Of a DNA stretch of 64,000 bases, positions 61,792 through 64,000 are shown in pieces. Within the stretch, counting starts at the first letter, position 1. The number at the start of each line of letters is the position of its first letter. A model generated the notes under the pieces. That model was not told the origin of the DNA. It ran no database searches and saw only the letters and a program-made list of their open reading frames with translations. A program made the position numbers and the translations under genes. Origin of the DNA: Felis catus (lineage: Eukaryota); the NCBI RefSeq assembly GCF_018350175.1, contig NC_058368.1, positions 122,700,001 through 122,764,000 on the forward strand, in the 5' to 3' direction.

Positions 61792-64000
61792 TTTATATAA
61801 ACTAAAACACCAGAGCTCATTGATTCCTATATTAAATACATAAATTATAAAATAACCATTCATAAAACTTTACATACAATAAATTGATTCCCATCTCTAC
61901 GGTAATACATACATTACATGTACATGTTCAGTGTACTTCAGAGGGATCATCCTGGTGAAAGTCAGTCAATTTGTATTTCTCTCGCATTAATAAACAAGCA
62001 CTGAACCAATATATGGAGTCATGCTAATGAGATGGAGATAAAGAACCCCAAATGAGGCAGTTGATTGGATGAAAGCTCTGAGAAATTGGTCCCCTGGCCA
62101 CATTAGTACAGTAGGCATCTGGGGAATCATGTATTCAAATACACTGGCTCTCTACTTGAGTCCCCAAAGAATTGTATCTTGAAGGTTAAAACACGCATAA
62201 ACCCTTGTTGGAACGAGATTTTTAGCTGAAAAAATAATGGGGCTGTGGGATAATATTAATGCTGTAGATCATACTGGACTTTCTGTTGCTCTTTCTAGAA
62301 AACCAGTGGCATCACTACAAGGCTGGTTCCCGGCCTGAGTAATTGGAAAACCAATCAGTAGTTCTTTGCCTCAGTCAACAACAGGGAATCGTGGTAGTGA
62401 ACTGAAGGTAGGGGAGGAAGGAGAAGAGGCAGGGAAGGAGGAGAGCACAGACACCAGATGCTAACCCAAAATATGAGTTACCTAGCAGCATCAGAAAAAC
62501 CCCTTCCTGAAGTCCTCAGTCCTAGGACAGAAGTACACATCTAGTAAGTGCTCACGCCATCATACTATGTACAGAATATATATGCGCATATATGTACATA
62601 TTTATAAAAGTGTTTGGATTTTGATCTGTCTCATTGTAAGAAGTTACTATAGTTAATGGGGGAAAATAGGCACATTTTGTGAGATGTCAATCAAAGGTAA
62701 GTGATTGCTGTTACTATTGGATGCTGAGGATGTGCTTTTGGGAAATTGCATCACCTACACTTTAGCAAGTTTGTAGAATCTTGATTGTAGGCAAAGTTGG
62801 ACACAAACTTCTTTAGCTACACCACCTCCATCCTACAGAACTTTGACATAACAAGGATGGAAATACAAGCACGGATGCAAAGATCTCAATGAGAAAACAC
62901 AAATACAAAATCAGGGAACTTCACCGAGTCGGTCACCTGCATCTCTGAGTATGATACATTAGGTTGAATATAGCAAATTATAATCCTTCTATTTTTGTCA
63001 CATTGCTCCTTGAAGTAGATCTTTAGTAACTTGATTAAACATTGGACTTGGACCTTCAACAAGAGGTTTCTTTAGGAAGAACTGAACTACCAAATTAAAG
63101 GCAACAAAGGAATGTGAATCTGCCCGGCCCAGTACTAAAATGAAATCACAAGATCAACTCCACCCTTCTGTTATGTCTGAATCCTCTTGCCAATACACCT
63201 GAAATTCAGTCTCAAGGTAATATATTATATAGAAGTAACAAGGCGGTTGAACAGAATGGAAGCTTTTGTCCTTTAAGACCTTGTGACCTACTGTTTTTCC
63301 TTTTAGAAAGGAGAAGTCCACTTAAGGAAAGGCTCGGGCCCATCCTGAAAGCATGAACTCATGACATAAATAATCGTCTAAGGTTTGCTTTGATTACTGA
63401 TCTCTCAGATGTTATATTGAGCTTTTTCAATATAGTAGATAATGTGTTGTATACATACACCATACGTATACTGTATATATGTGTATATATGTACATATAT
63501 AGTGCCACTCTTTGACAGATCAAAAAATGCAATATTTAGAAAATAAAATGGCTATGCTGTCCATCTATTTCGATGTACCATAACACACATGATCCAATTA
63601 TTTAAACATCAACACAAATTATAAATATTATTTTTACAGCTCCCATGAAAACCTAGGCAGTTTTTAAAAAACACTTCATTTTGAAACAATGAACTTTCGA
63701 ATTACATTGAAGACATTGAACATGTGAATCACACAGTGGGTTTACAGAAAAAGGCGACAGTAAATATGCAAAAAGGAACAAGTTTATCAAAGATTTAAAC
63801 AAAAATTAGTTGCAAAAAATACTGTAGCAAAAATTATTTGGCAAAATTGTATCTTCTATATTACCAGAGAATGAATGTCCCCTTTCTACTCCAGCGATGA
63901 CTGATGAGCCCTCTACATCATTTCTATCCTCCTGAAGAACCAGGCAACCTATGTGAATGCTTATTTGTGAATGGCAGAAAGATCAAAGCAAAATTTATTC
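61770..64000 (-). other. Probable distal 3' UTR of an unidentified minus-strand gene
   Basis: No recognisable repeats; U-rich minus strand; UGUA and Pumilio motifs; ends at a canonical poly(A) signal. Confidence 0.6.

Noticed and set aside
1..64000. A novel multi-gene or defence-like system
   Set aside because: No operon-like or spliced coding structure, CpG island or intact retroviral ORF is visible; known repeats and non-coding DNA explain the window

Overview
This is mammalian genomic DNA from a felid (cat family). The evidence is about 45 tRNA-derived carnivore SINEs (CanSINE/SINEC, including young feline-type copies) and feline/carnivore L1 3' ends. Most of the window is repeat-rich non-coding sequence: SINEs, L1 and L2 fragments, MIRs, ERV1/ERVL/MaLR solo LTRs, hAT MITEs and microsatellites. 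I can support no intact protein-coding exon, RNA gene, CRISPR array or prokaryotic-type system, and nearly all listed ORFs come from repeats or chance. The only gene-like signal is the last ~2.2 kb (61770-64000), which looks like the distal 3' UTR and poly(A) site of a minus-strand gene I cannot name. The more interesting observations are structural: two sites where SINEs re-used the same target site (triplicated TSDs), a SINE-L1 fusion, a ~150-bp local duplication dated by a SINE, multi-level nested insertions, an LTR with a TATA-like/hairpin/AATAAA layout, a candidate TATA+Inr/RFX element, an orphan L1 5' end and a 26-bp perfect palindrome. I found no convincing novel biological system. Repeat family names come from recalled consensus motifs, not a database search, and boundaries are approximate unless a TSD is quoted.
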